Positions 32,726-45,842 of a stretch of 47,764 nucleotides of DNA are shown here, piece by piece; position 1 is the stretch's first letter, and the number at the start of each line of letters is the position of its first letter. The position numbers and the translations under genes were made by a program. The notes below the pieces were generated by a model. That model was not told the DNA's origin and made no database searches. It saw only the letters and a list, made by a program, of their open reading frames with translations. The DNA is from Rhizaria sp. SCN 62-66 (lineage: Eukaryota), in assembly GCA_001724265.1 (NCBI GenBank), contig MEDY01000226.1:1-47764 (forward strand), written 5' to 3'.

Positions 32726-35314
32726 ATGGATCGTCCATCAGCTCATCATATGCCCCACATCGCAGAGCGTGCTCGGCGGGCATCACTACGCCAACTAGAT
32801 ACATCGCGTTCTGTGTATTACGCCCCGTTAAAGTGCGCTATCGCAAATGTTTCAGTCTCGTTCGCACATGAGAGCGTGGCATCAAGCATGATAGTCGGTG
32901 ACACTGCACTGTCTGCTTCACTCACCGTGATCTCGCCCACAACGCGCGCTGTTGTTGCGTCTCTGCCAGTCGTGCTTCATCGCCAAACCCAGGCTTTATA
33001 GAGTGCGTACTGCTGTCTCTCTCCTGCGACTGAGTCCGCAACCAGTCCTAGTGCCGGACCATCGTCTCTGTTATCACCGCTGCCGCATCCGACCGTCACC
33101 CCAAGCCCAACCACAACTCAGACCTTATCGCCAAGTAACAACAAAGCGCAAGCAACAACCGCTTACGCTATTGCTATTGCACCAGTTTATGGTCCGCTGC
33201 GGCTGGCGTTGCGTGAAGACCTGGGCTACAACCCCAGCATGAGTTCTAACAGCGAGTTCCAACTCACTTCAAGTCAAGACTGCGTCTCGAGTCACGATGT
33301 GAGCTGTGAGTTCTCTGCAAATACCACAGATGCAGCTGCCTCAGCACCTGCGTCGCCTGCAACATCTAAGGGCGCTGATGCGGACTTTGAGACAGGCGTG
33401 TTTGCCTTTACTGGCACTCCACACCCCCTGCAAAGAAGCATCGATTCTGACTTATTTCAGCCACTTGTTAACAGCACAAGTACCCATAGAAGCGCGAGAA
33501 ACTCTCCGCATCAGGGCAGTCGTCGCAGTAGCGTACACGCGCTTTTTGTAGCATCCCGGACATCTCTTGCCGTTTCATCGGCCACTGCGTCACCGGCGCT
33601 TTCGAGTGCTACGATAGGACAAGACAGCCTCAGCGATGTTCTCAGGATCATTATTCCTAAACTGGGTCTTGTTTGTGATGTTTCACCGCCGCATCTAGGC
33701 AACCGCACGGCCAACGATAGCCAAATCAATCCGAGCGGCGCTCAATCAACAATCAAAACTGTTTTGAATGTTGTCGCTCTTACACCACAGTCTGAGACTG
33801 CTCCCGTCGCCAACCTTACTGTGCAAGTGGCGGTTGACTTCATCATGCCCGATGCTGCTGGCACAAATATTCCATTTGTACCAGGGTGCGCTATGCCCAC
33901 GGCTTTAGTAGCTGTGTCTGCAGCTGACAGCGACCAGACGGTCAGCCGGCGTGCAACCTTTCCGTCTGGTCTGCCGCAGCGCGCACACGGCTCATCACCG
34001 CCTGCTCCCAGACCAGCCGATAGTCCCACAACAACCAAGCTCCAGTACTATTCATCAACCTCCTCTCAGAGTGACAACGACTGTGACCATGAATCCGCCA
34101 ACGCACAAGAGCACCGGCGTGGATCTGAACGGACAGCACCGTGGCCCACGCGTGGCGACGGCGGTCGGCTAAGCGAGTTCTTACAAGGATATCTTGATAC
34201 ACAGCGCCCAGCGCAAAGTTCAAATACTCAAGCGCAAGAGATGCAAAGTTCGCAGCTACCGCGCTTGCCACTGCAATCGCCAGGACTTCATACTGCTTCA
34301 AGCCGAAACACAGTCACCATCTTGATGACGCCAGCTCCGGCTGTTACACTTCCAGTCAACGCAGCTGGAACTGACACCGTCGTCGCAGCATACAACGCTG
34401 AGAGTGTGCGCCTTGCGGAACGACTTCGAGCAACAGCAAATCGACGCAACTCACTGCATCGCCTAAGATCAGTCGCTTCACAGGTTGCTGTTGCACCACA
34501 ATATTCCACACACGAGCAGCGCACCGTAGTTGCCGCCGCACCGTCATCAACACCACTTCCTACGCGCACTATTGGAGCATCGCTGTTGCAGGGTTCTTCA
34601 GGGCCTTTATTGCATCCAGCTCCAACAATTTCCACAAGACCTGCCGAAAACGTGATTTCGGGACTTCCAGGTCTCGAGAGAACTCCGTCGCATGAGGCGG
34701 CAGCGCGCTACGCGTCCGGCCTCGCGGCTGCGCAAAGACCTGGTTGGGCGCTGCGCTCGCTCGCTGTTGCCCCACGCAATATTGCTGCTAGTGCAAGCAC
34801 TCATCAGCAACAGCAGCAACCACAACCATTGCAGGAGCAGGAAGGTGACGCTCGTGAACAAGCAACAGCATCTGGACGGGCACTGCGCATGCCAGACCCG
34901 CGCAATGTGCGCCGCGGCGCGCGGCTTGTTGAAGCTATTGCGGCCGCAGCAGGCATTCTAAATGCCGAAAACAGTTTTTCACGCAGATTAAGTGGTGGTG
35001 GAGAGGGTGGTGAGTCGTCGCGACTGTCGTCTTTGGCGGAGGCAGTGGCTGCACAACGACGGCACGCAACGCAGACGCAAGCGTTGCTTGCAACACTACC
35101 ACTTGAGACTGTGACAGTAGCAGACGAGACGGCGTTACGGCGTCAGGACGCGTGCTGCGGTGTATGTCTTGCTGCGTACGTGCGGGGAGATATCCGGCGT
35201 TGTCTGCTACCATGTGGTCATGCGTTCCACAAGCAGTGTGTGGACAAGTGGCTTTGGGTTAAGATCAAGTGCCCTGCTTGCTGCGGCGAGGTCACAGGAA
35301 AAACACATCAGTGA
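32726..35314 (+). CDS. RING-H2 (C3H2C3) E3 ubiquitin ligase-like protein; start uncertain (ATG 32726 with in-frame TAG at 32999, or ATG 33239)
   Basis: C-terminal CGVCL..Y..GD....LPCGHAFHKQCVDKWL....CPAC. The frame is open from 32699 to 35314 except for one TAG. Stop TGA. Confidence 0.8.
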
Positions 35315-35648
35315 TTGAAAATTGAATTAATCGTTTTTCGATGATGCGATGATGATGACACGATACTTAGGAATAACAGATGCTCTTGGAGAAGATAGGA
35401 GGAGGTATATGTATTTTACAAGCGTACGACGCTTGATTAGGGGCTACATGTATGACTTAAGGTGTATAATAACGTACAGTACAGATAATAGAGAAATCAA
35501 GCACAGATTAAGATGAAAAATGAGATTTAATTAAGCAAAAGACAAAATTGCATGCGTAGTGCACATTAAGATCAACAGTTGCACAGCGCAGTTCTCCACG
35601 TTTAAAAATGAGCAAGTCACAGAAATAAACAGATATGAACAACTTCGC

Positions 35649-38600
35649 TTAGCTCTGCGTGTTGCCCGAGCACGTAAAAGCAGGAGGTGTCATCTCTTCG
35701 GGCAAAACTGAGCGCTGGAAGGCATTGAAGGCATACTTCTTTTTGCCAGTGTTGCGGATCACGTTGGCACGGCGCGTGCCCTGACCGCGTAACACGTTCA
35801 TCACGCCCACGGCCTCGCGCTCGCCCAGTCCCAGCTGCTTCAGCGTGCGCGCCGCTTCCCACGTTACAGCCATCGCCGTGCGGTCCTTTGCGCTCTTGCA
35901 TGACACCGTGCGGCCCGCGCCAAGTGCGCGTGTGAGTGCCGTCGCCACAGTGTGCGCCGTCAGCGCGCGCCGACTGCCCTGCGCCACCTCGTGCTCCAGC
36001 CTCAGCTGCAGAGCCACCAGCGCTGCCGCCGATACAAGCGGACCCGACGCAGCTGCGGCCATGACAGACGCGGCAGCAGCCGCAGCGCCCGCGGCGCCGG
36101 CGCTCTCGGCGGCTGCGGCGACCGCGGCTGCGGCGTCCGCGGCCAGCGCGGCGGTTTCGAGGCGCACGCGGCGCCAGACGTGGTCACGCAGCACCTTGGC
36201 GGCGTCGGCGTTGAGCTCGCCCTGGCGGCGCGTCTGCGCAAGCGAGAGCTTGTTCGCCAGCGCCTGGAGCTCATTGATCCCCGTCGTGAAAAAGGCCGCA
36301 GTGACGGGCACCAGCGGGCCCGCGCTACCAGCAGGGCCGCGCAGCTCCGCGGGCAGCCGTGCGTACAGATCAGGCGGCAGCAGCAGCGTCACCACGGGAC
36401 CCAACGCCAACGCGTCACCGACAGCAGAAGCGGCGGGCGCAGCTGTCGAGACGCCTGCGGCAAGTGCAATGGCGTCACCCGCAGCGCGCGCAGGGGCGCG
36501 CCCGTCGGCGCGGAGTGCGGCGGCCAGCGCGGATGCAAAGCAAGTCTCGACAGCCTCGGTCGCTAGGACGTCATCGCTGACGCCGCTGCCGCTAGCAGCG
36601 GCCGCTCTCGCACCCGTTGAGGGTAAGTTTTGGGGGCGTCTGGGGACGGCGGGCGCAGCAGATGCGCCAGAACCGCTGCCGCTAGTAGCATTATTGGGGG
36701 CGTTAGGCAGCGAGGGCAGAAAGGAGCCCGCAAAGGCAGTGTAGCGCAGCTCCGAGAGCGCGGGGCGGCCGTGGGACATCGGTGGCACCGACGATCCCGA
36801 CGCGACAGCAGGTGACGCGAAGGCCGCCGCGAAGGCCGACGGTGGCATTGACGCGCCGCTCGCGTTGCTGTTGGCGCTAGAGCTTGAGTTAGTGTGCGTC
36901 GTCGTGTGGCGCGGGTGCGCAGTCGCCAGCGTCGCGGCATGCGCATGGGGAGCAGGGTAGTTGGGACGAGCTGCCGGCGCGTTCGCACTCGTACCAGCAG
37001 ACATGACAGGGCTGTTAGCGGCACGAGCGCGCGAGATGACAAGCGGCGGTGCGGCGGCAACAGCGGCGCGCGCAACGGGCGACCAATGCAGCATGTCAGT
37101 CGACGTAGAGCTCGTGCTGTCTGCGGCGTTTGTGGCAGAATCCAGATGCGCGAAGTCGTGACACGCACCGGGCGTGAGAGTGCGCGCGGAGGCGGGCGTC
37201 AGCGGTGTGAAGTCGAGCGTAGCGCCCAGCGCCAGCTCGCCCCACTGGGCCTCGCCAGTGCTCGCGCGTCCCTCAGCCACGCACGCCTCGGCCTCTGCGT
37301 CGGCCTCAGCCTCAGCGTCGCCAGCGTGGAGCAAGACAGCGGTTTCCTTGACGACTGGGGCGCCGTTGACAAGCGGCTCCACAGAGAGGCTGAACGCCGC
37401 GTCAGCAACCCAGGCGTCAGTGCGCATCTCTGCCAGCGCCTCAGCCACAGCGGGAGTCGTCAACAGCGCTGTAGCCGCGGCCGCGATCTCGCGTGCCTCA
37501 CACTCATTCGCGCTGACAGCATTTTCGTCACCCAAGCCGCCGTTGTTAAGAAGAACGATGCCACGTGCTATGGGCGCGAGGTACGGCGCGATTGGGGCAA
37601 GAGCGGCGGCCGCGGCAGAGGCGGTGTCTGCAGCACTGCTGCCGGACGCCGCGTCCGTGTCGGGCACGCGGCAAAGCGGCGCGCGTGGTGCAAAACGAAT
37701 ATGCAGAGACGCGATCCAGCGGCAGGCCCACTCGAAGTCTGAAATCATGCAGAACTCGCTGCCGAACGTGGACAGGAACGAGTCCATGTGCAGCAGGTAT
37801 CCTGCGCGCGGCCACAGTGCCATCTCGCTCGCGGGTGCCGCGACCACCGACGCCAGCACGTCCGTCAGCAACGCTGACAGCGCCTGGCTCGTGACTGGCA
37901 CGCGACGTCGACGCAGCTCGGACACGGCGGCCTCAGCGCGCTCCGCAGCGGCCGTCAGCGAGGGCATGGCTGAAGTCAATGACGCCGCCGCAGCGCGCAT
38001 TGCGGACGCACTGAACGCCGCAGCCGGGTCGCCGGAAAGCGGTTCGGGCGTCACGGGTGCAGCGGCCGCGGCGACAGGGGCGACAGGTTTTACGGCGCCG
38101 TCCTCATCTTGCTCGCCGAGCGGCGGCAGCGCGAGCGTGGGGATCTGCCGTGACGGCGCGGGCAGCGTGCCGAACCGCCTCGCGTCGTCGCTACCAGCGG
38201 TGCCTGCAGTGCTGCCGACGAGGGGCGAGGGCGCGGCAGTAGTTCCGGTGCGCGCGCGCGTCATAGGCGACATGAGCGGCGAGGTCAGCGTGCCCGAGCC
38301 TGAGGCAGCGTTGGCCGCGGCAGCGACCGCCGCAGCGCCGGCGGCTTGCGCAGCCGCAACGAGCGCGGAAAGCGCGGCGCGGGCCTGCGTCGCGAGCGGA
38401 GTCATGCCGCCGCTGCGGTATGATAGGTGCGAGGCCAAAGCGCCAAACGTCGCGCCCGACAGCGCGATGCGGACCGGCGCGGCAGCGGAATCCCCGATGA
38501 GTTTAAGCGCAGGCGCAGCAGCGGCGGAGACTGGCCGGTACAAAGGCAGACGCGCGCGTGCGTCTGCGCGGTACAGCGTCAAGCGCGTGAGCTGCAAGTG

Positions 38601-41600
38601 CAGGTTCGTGGCGACGAGATCAAGCAGCGCAGCCTCCTTCTTGGCCGTCGAAGGCTTGAAGAAAAGCCCGCCGCAGACACCGCGCGTGGACACGCCGCCT
38701 AGCGCGCGCGCCGCGGCCGCCAGGGTGCTGGCCTGCGCGCCCGCGTCGGCGGTGGCAGACTGCAGCACCAGAGTCGCGCGCGGCAGGCGGGCCCGGTACG
38801 CGCGCGCCAGGGGCTGGTGCGCGGCGAGCAGCGCGGCGAGCGGCGGCAGCGCAGCGGGCAGCGCAAGCGCGCCTGCGGGCAGACTAGCGAGCGCAAAGTG
38901 GGCCGCCTCGAGCCCCGGCAGCAGCTCCAGACCAGGGTCGGCGCCTGCGGAGTCGGCCGAGTCCGCTGTGCTGGCTGAGGACGAAGTTCCAGTCACGGCC
39001 CCCGCTCCGGCTCCGGCTGCGCCAGAGGCTGAGCGACTCAGCGCCGCGCCCGCGGGCGAGAGCATCGGCGCCGCCGTCGCGGGCACGCTCACGGGGGCGA
39101 GGGGCGAGAAGCCCGGGGACGCAGGCACGGACAGCGAGCCGTGGCCCGTCGCGCTCACGGCGGCCGCAGCGGCTGTGATGAGCTGCGAGCGCGCGGTCAG
39201 CGCGGCGGCGTCGGCAGCGAAGGTTGCCGCCGCTGCGCGCGCGGCGGCGGCAGGCGCGGTGAAGGTAAACGGCGACGTCTGCAGGCTCTCGGTATGGACC
39301 ACGTCGGCCGCCGCGGTCTCTGTAGTGACTCCAATGACAGCGCTCGTGCTGCCGGTCTCGAACACGGCACTGAGCGCGTCGCTAGCACTGTTCTCGGCGT
39401 CGCTGCGGCTGCCATCCCGCGAGTCTGTGCTGGTGCTACCTGCGTTGGCAGTGGCGCTGGTCGGGAAAGGGAAGGCGGGGATGCGCGAGAGGAACGACGC
39501 AGTGCAGTAGCGGCCCGATAGCCCCACGCGCGCGCGTTGGCACGACGCCAGCGACAGCGAAACTACCGCCTGCCACCCGGCCTCGCCACCGGCAGCGCCG
39601 GTGCCCGCGCCGGCCGGGGGCGCGAGCCCGCCCAGCCCAGTCACGGCGGCGGCCGCGGCGGCTTGGGCCATCGCGGGCGTCACCCCGGGCACCGCGGCGG
39701 CGGCGGCCTGCGCGCGCGCGGCGGCCTCGGCAACGTCGACGTCCCCCAGCGAGAGCGGCAGCGCGCGAAGCAGCGCGGCGCGCGGGTGCTGCAGCAGGTC
39801 GCCCAGACCGCACGACAGCGAGGCGACCTCGTGGCACGACTCAGGCGCGGCGTCCTGATAGTGCTCGTCGCGCCGCGCGCGGTACAGCACCACGCGCACC
39901 AGCGTGCGGTCCAGCTGCGCGTCCGCGCCCACGCGCCACCCGCGCTCCTCCTCGCCCTCGCCGTCGTCATACACGCCGGCTGCAGCGGTGGCGCTGTCGC
40001 CACCCGTCTTGCGCTCGCCTTCACTGCTGTTCGAGACGATGGCGGCGGCGGTGGCGGCGGTGAAGAGTGCGCGGCGGGCGCGGGCCTTGAGCTGGAGCCA
40101 CTGTTGGCCGGCGCGTCGCAGCCGCGGGTCCCAGAGCGCGCCCAGCCGCACGGACCGCGCCGACAGCACGGCCTCCAGCGCGCCAGCCGCAGCGACGGCC
40201 GCGGACGCAGAAACCGCGCTGTGCGGCGGCTTCGCAACCGAGTGCAGCGCGTCTGGCGGGGATGACGTCGCGGCCGCCGCGGTAGCGCTAAGCGTGGCAA
40301 GCGGCGCGAGCGCGGCGGCGGCGTCGCTGAGCGTCGGCAGCCCGGCCAGCAGCGCGGCGGGTGCTGGCGCGGCGGTGGCGGGCAGGAGCCGCTCGGCCAC
40401 GGGCACGCTCACCGTCAGCAACGACGTGAACCGCGACGCCAGCAGCACGCTCGCAGCAGAGCCAGCAGAACCCGCACTAGCGGGGATGCTGTCAGTGGCG
40501 ACGTTGGCGTTGCTGCGGGCGCGGCGCTTAGCGTCGGTGAAATTCACGCCTGCAAGCGCGGCGGCAGCGGCGTCTTCAGCGGCCTCAGCTTCGTCCTCCT
40601 CGCTGCTGTCGGCATCGGCACCTGCCGAGTTGTCACCGTTGCCGTTAGCATCAGAGCGGGCAGGCACGCCAGTGACGAACGCGGCAATGGCAGGAGGCAG
40701 CGCAGTGGTGGCCGAGGCGGCGGGTCGCATCGTCTCCGTGCGCGCGACTTCGCGCCACGACTCGTTGACTTCCTCTTCCTCCGCCTCAACCCCATCGTCG
40801 TCGCCGCTGTCGCCGTCGCAGTAGCCGTACCCGCGCGCCGTCCCCGGCAGCGAACGCGCCACAAACACGGGCGTCGAGCCTCTACCGGCAGCGCCGCTCA
40901 CCCTGCCCGCGGTGCCATTTGCACTGGCCGCATTGCCAGCGCCAGCACCAGTGGTGATCGACGGCGAGCGCAGCCCGGCGGCCGCGGCGTCGGCGTCTGC
41001 GGCGTCCGCGGCGGCGCGGCAGTGGTTGGCCAGCAGCAGCGCGGCCTCGACGCCCGCCTCGGCGCCCGCTGTGGCGTCAAGCAGCTCTTCGTCGCGCTCG
41101 CGGTCGCAGTCGCCCATGGCCACCGCGCCGGCGCCGACGCCAACGCCGAGCAGCACCGTCGTGGCGCGCACGCGGGTCGCCACGTCGGCCGCGGCCGCGG
41201 CCGTGGCGAGGCGCGCGGGCGGGAGAAACGGGCGCAGCGACGCGGCACCCGCTGTGTGAGCGAGCGCGCGCGCGGGGGCCGCGGGGAGACCCGAGCCGCC
41301 CTCGGCCAGCGGCGCGAGGCCGAGCCCCGTGGGGACGGGTGTGTAGGGCGACAGCGGGGCCAGCGAGCAGTAGTGCGCCGCGGCGGCCGCGTGCGAGTGC
41401 GCGACGGCGGTGGCCAACTCGCCAGCGGGCGCGGCGGCAGGGTTGGTGGGCGCGACGGGCGAGGTGGACGCGCCGGGAGCGGGCAGTGCGGGCAGCGACG
41501 CCGCGTTGGCCGAGGAAGACGCGCTCGACGTCACCGCACTGCTCCCAGAGGCGAGACCAGGGCCAGCGCCGCCGGCGCCAGTGTGCGCGTGCGCGTGCGT

Positions 41601-44600
41601 GTGCGTGTGCGCAAGTGTAGAGTCGGAGGCGTACACGAAGCATGCGGCGAACCAGCCCTGCGGCATCGCGGCCGCCAGCACCGCCGCGTCCGCCGCCGCC
41701 GCCGCAGCGCCCGCCAGCGCCGCGTTGCCGCCTGCAGATGAACTCCTGCCCTGCGCCTGCGCCTGAGCCTGCGCGCGGAGATGTGCCGCGGTGGCGGGCC
41801 CAATGACCACGGGCGCGAGCGCGAGTCCGAGCTGGTCGACCTCCTGCGCCTCCTCGCCGCCCGCCAGCGCAAGCAGCCTCACAGCGCGCACGCTCTTGCC
41901 GCCGCCCTTGCCCGCACCAGCGGTGCCGTCGCGCCCGCCGTCTCTGGTGAGCGCGGGCAGCGGCAGCAGCGCGCCCGCGATGCCCGCCGCGCGGACTGCG
42001 GCGCGTGGACGGAACGGCAGCGGGTCGCGCGATGCGGGCACGTGGCGCCACCACCCAGCCCCACGTCGCCGGCCGGTTCCTGCGCTCGCACTGCTAGCGC
42101 CCCCCGCGCCCGCACCGCCGCCCGCGCCGCCACGCGCAAGCACGGCGAGGCTGCCAGCGGTGGCGAGCGCGGCGGCGGGCGCGGCGGCGGGCGGCGGCGC
42201 GGCGATGGCCAGGCGTAGCGCGCGCGCGGAGGCGTGTTTGAGCACGCGCACCCACTGCGCTGCCGCCGCGGGCGACTCGGTCTTGAGCAGCATCGTGCGC
42301 GTCGCCGTCACGATCTCGAACCGCCGCGGCGCAGCCACGGAGGCGGCGGATACGGCTGCGGCGGCTGCGGCGGCGGACGCAGCTGCGGCGGCGGCCGCGG
42401 TGGCCGAGACCGACGCCGCAGACCCCGTCACGGCGGCCTCTGTCGCGGCGGCCGCGGCGGCGTTGGCGTTGGCGCTGGCGCTCGCGGCGGCGCGCAGCGT
42501 TTTATGCTGCGTTTTGCGGTCCGCGTCGGTCGACACGAGGCGCACTGACCGGATTTCGGCTAGTGACAGCGCACCCAGCGCGCCCAGTGGCGCGAACAAT
42601 GTCTCCACGGCAGCCGCCGACAGCACCACAGGTACTGCACTGGCACCCGTGGCCGCTGCAGCGGCGACGCCGGTCGCGATTGCGCTGGAGCCGGGGCCGG
42701 TGCTGGCCGAGAGCGCCGCGGGCGGGACCGGGGAGCGGTCGAGCACGGCGGCCAGCACCGACAGCGACTCAGCCAGCGCGGCGGGTGCGGGCCGCTGCTT
42801 GAAGTAGATGACGAAGCCCAGCGCGAGCACGAAGAAGCGCGTGCGCCACGGCCGCAGCGAGAAGCCCGGCGCGTTCTTGCTTAAAGTGCCGAACACTAAC
42901 CCGCATCCGGCGGCGGCGCTCGCAAACGCCGACTGCGCGGAATCACCGCCTCCAACCGCCGCGGCGGCGCCGACGGGGCCGGCACGCGCGCGCAGCGGTG
43001 TCTCAGTGCCCTCGGCAGCGTGCGCGGGCCAGGATAGCGACCACACAGCCTGTGCGCGCGCGCGGGCCTGCGCAGCCGCGGCGGCGCGCGCTTGTTCTGC
43101 GGCGTGTGCGCGGGCCAGAGTCAGCGCGGCTGTCTGTGCCTGCACCTGCGCCAGCGCCAGCGGCGCGCTTGCGGCCTGCGGCGTCAGCGGCTTCGCCTGT
43201 TGCTGCTGTTGTAGTGGTGATTGCTGCTGTGGTTGCTGTTGCTGGAGCTGCTTCGTGCGGGCGACGTCATCGTCGTCGCTGTCTGAGTTGTCTCCTGCGC
43301 CAGCAGCGCCGTGCGTGCTGTTGCCGGCCGCAGTGAGCGCCGGGCCCAGCCCCGTGGCGACGGCAACCGACGCGCGCACCGCGGCAGCAACCGTGGCGGC
43401 CGTCGCGGCCGCGGCGGCGGCGGCCGGGGAGGGCCTGAGCGCGGGCGAGGCATCGCGGTCGCTGCCATCGTCCTCCTCATCGTCCTCCTCTTCCTCCTCC
43501 TCGTCGTCGTCCGCGCCCGGACCTGCTCCGGCGCCACCGCGGGGGGCAGCGACGACGGAGGCGTCGGCCTCGGCCTCTGGCAGCGGCGGCAGCGGCAGCG
43601 GCAGCACTATCGCCGCAGCGGCTGCGCTGTCTCCGCGGCTCGCGCGCGTGGTGGCGGTCGCCGGCGTCGGCGACTGCGGTAACTGCACCTGCAGCTGCTG
43701 CCCCTGCTGCGAGCCCCTTCTCCCACCAGCATTAGCACTAGCACTCGCAGTTAAAGTTACGGTGCCGGACGCAGTCGCAGTGAGAGTGAGCGTGGTGGAG
43801 GCGCGGCGTGCGCGCGCGCGGTCGGCCTCTCGCATGGAGCGCGCGCGCTGCGTAGCGGCCAGCAAAACCCGCAGTAGTTTGTCGCGGTCGCGGCGGGAGC
43901 GCGTCCGCAGCAGAAGCGTGCGTACGCCGGCGGCCTCCACTCCGCCCGCACCTGCAGCCGCGCCCGCGACGCTGGCCGGCGCGGCCGCGCTCAGAGCGCC
44001 CTGGGTAGCTGTTCCGCTCATCGTGAGGCTATTAGCGGCGGCATTTGCGGAGCTGCTTGCGGCGACGCTAGCGGTTAGGAGCTCAGTGAAGCGCGGGGTG
44101 GCGATGACGACGACAATGGCGGTCTCCGCGTCGGCTGCGGCGGCTGCGGCCTCAGCGACGGTCGCTGCGGCAGCGTGCGCGGCGTCGCCCCCCGTCAGCG
44201 GCACGGCCTCGGCCTCCACTGCCAGCAGCGCGTTCAGGTACGCGCGCTCGGCCTCGAAGTACCCTGCCGAAACCGCGGCCGCGCCCGCCAGCGCGGAGAC
44301 CTCGGCCGCGGCGATAGCCGCCACGGCGGCGGCGTTGGCTGCAGTGGTCGCGGAGGCGGAGGCGGAGGCTGCGGATGACGAATCGGACGCAGAGTCATCG
44401 TTGAAGCGGCCCTGGCCACTCGTTGCTGCAGTCGCAACACCGGCGGCAGTGACGGCGCCCGCAGGACCGCCGGCGGCGAGCGCGGCGGCGCCCGCAGCGG
44501 CAGCGGCAGCGGCAAGAGCCCCGGCCGGCGGCGCGCGCGCTGGCACTGCGAGTGCAAAGGGGCAGGGCGGCGCAAGCCCGAGCCCGTGCGCCGCAGCCAC

Positions 44601-45842
44601 GACGGCGTCGCCGGGCAGCGCGCCGACGATGGCGCTCAGAGGGAAGCGCTTTAGCGGCGCGCCGCACGACGCGGCCACCGAGGCGGCCTCTGCGGCCTCT
44701 GCGGCCTCCGCTGCGGCGACCGAGGAGTGGCCAGCAGAGACTGGGACGGTGTTGTTCGTCGGCAGAACGCTGTTGCGCTGGCGCGGGCGGTAGTAGCGCA
44801 GCCCGGCGGCGTCTGCAACAAGCGTGCGCGGCTGCCACGCCGACGGCAGCAGCGCGCGCGCGAGCGAGAAAGTTGAGGATAGAGCTGACAGGGCGGACGG
44901 CCGCAACTTGAGCACGTCGGCGACGGCGACGCCCACAACGGCCTCGCCCGACACGGCCGCAAAGCCGGGGCTCAAAGTCAAGCTCTGCCGCGGGCTGGAG
45001 GCCGCTGGTGGGAGGCTGCCGCGGACGTCATCAGCGGGGCTGCCCAGCGATAAACTCTCTGATGACTGTGCTGTCGTTCGCGGTCCAGAGCCTCTGTCAG
45101 CCGCTGCGGCGGATAGCGCAGCCGATATCTGGTTCCTCCCAAAACGAGCGCTAGCGCCAGCACCAAGATCATTGGCGTCAGGGTCTGCGTCGCCTGCAGC
45201 GGCTTCCGCGGCCGCGACCGCGGTGGCGATCGCGACGACCCAGCCAGCGGCCACGGCGGCGGAGGGCGCGCGGAACACATACGTGCGCCCCGGTCGTCCA
45301 GACACGTTCACGCCGGCGCCGCCACCGCCTCTAACGGCCGCCGCGTCGCCCTCGGAGATGGGCTGCACGCCGCCCGCGCCCGTGCCCGCGGAGTCTGATT
45401 CGGCGGCCGCCGCGGCGGTGGCGAGAGTGACTGTGAAGACGCGGTCCGCGGGGGCCGCGAAGGTCGCTTCAAGCGCAGCCAATGGGAGCGCGAGCGCGTT
45501 AAGCCCGTCAAGCTCGGCGGCAGCAAGCGCGGCGAGTGGGATCGCGCCCGCAGCGGCCGCGCGCGCAGGGTCTGCGGCGGCGAGCGCGGGGGACTTGTAG
45601 TAGTAGAGCGCGCCGCGCGCGGGGTCGCAGATGACGTGGCGGGACTGGAAGAGCTTCAGACCCGACGGGCTGCGCTTCTCAAGCAAGCCCTCAAAGATAG
45701 CGCCCGGCAACGCCGCCGCAGGGTGCTGCGAGGACGAGGTAGAGGTCTAGGAGGACGCGACGGGGGCGGAGGGGGGCGCGCGGGCTGCTGCGTGTGCGGG
45801 CGACTCAGGGCCGAACGCAGACGCCGCGGATGAGGGCTTCAT
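35649..45842 (-). CDS. INPP4: Inositol polyphosphate 4-phosphatase (INPP4) with three N-terminal PH domains, >3350 aa; start uncertain (ATG 45842 with in-frame TAG at 45749-45747, or an unseen upstream exon)
   Basis: Catalytic CKSAKDRT plus INPP4 blocks ATNLHLQ, SFLSTFGSEFCMISD, GINELQALA, NTGKKKYAFN. PH motifs FEGLLEK..WVVAI, WQPRTL..LRYY, GTLSK..WRTRFFVL..WVRVL. Stop TAA. Confidence 0.88.

Noticed and set aside
37174-44793. Long plus-strand ORFs (778, 661 aa, etc.) opposite INPP4, and similar shadows over other genes
   Set aside because: Antisense or alternate-frame artefacts of very high GC and GCN repeats; no domain motifs.
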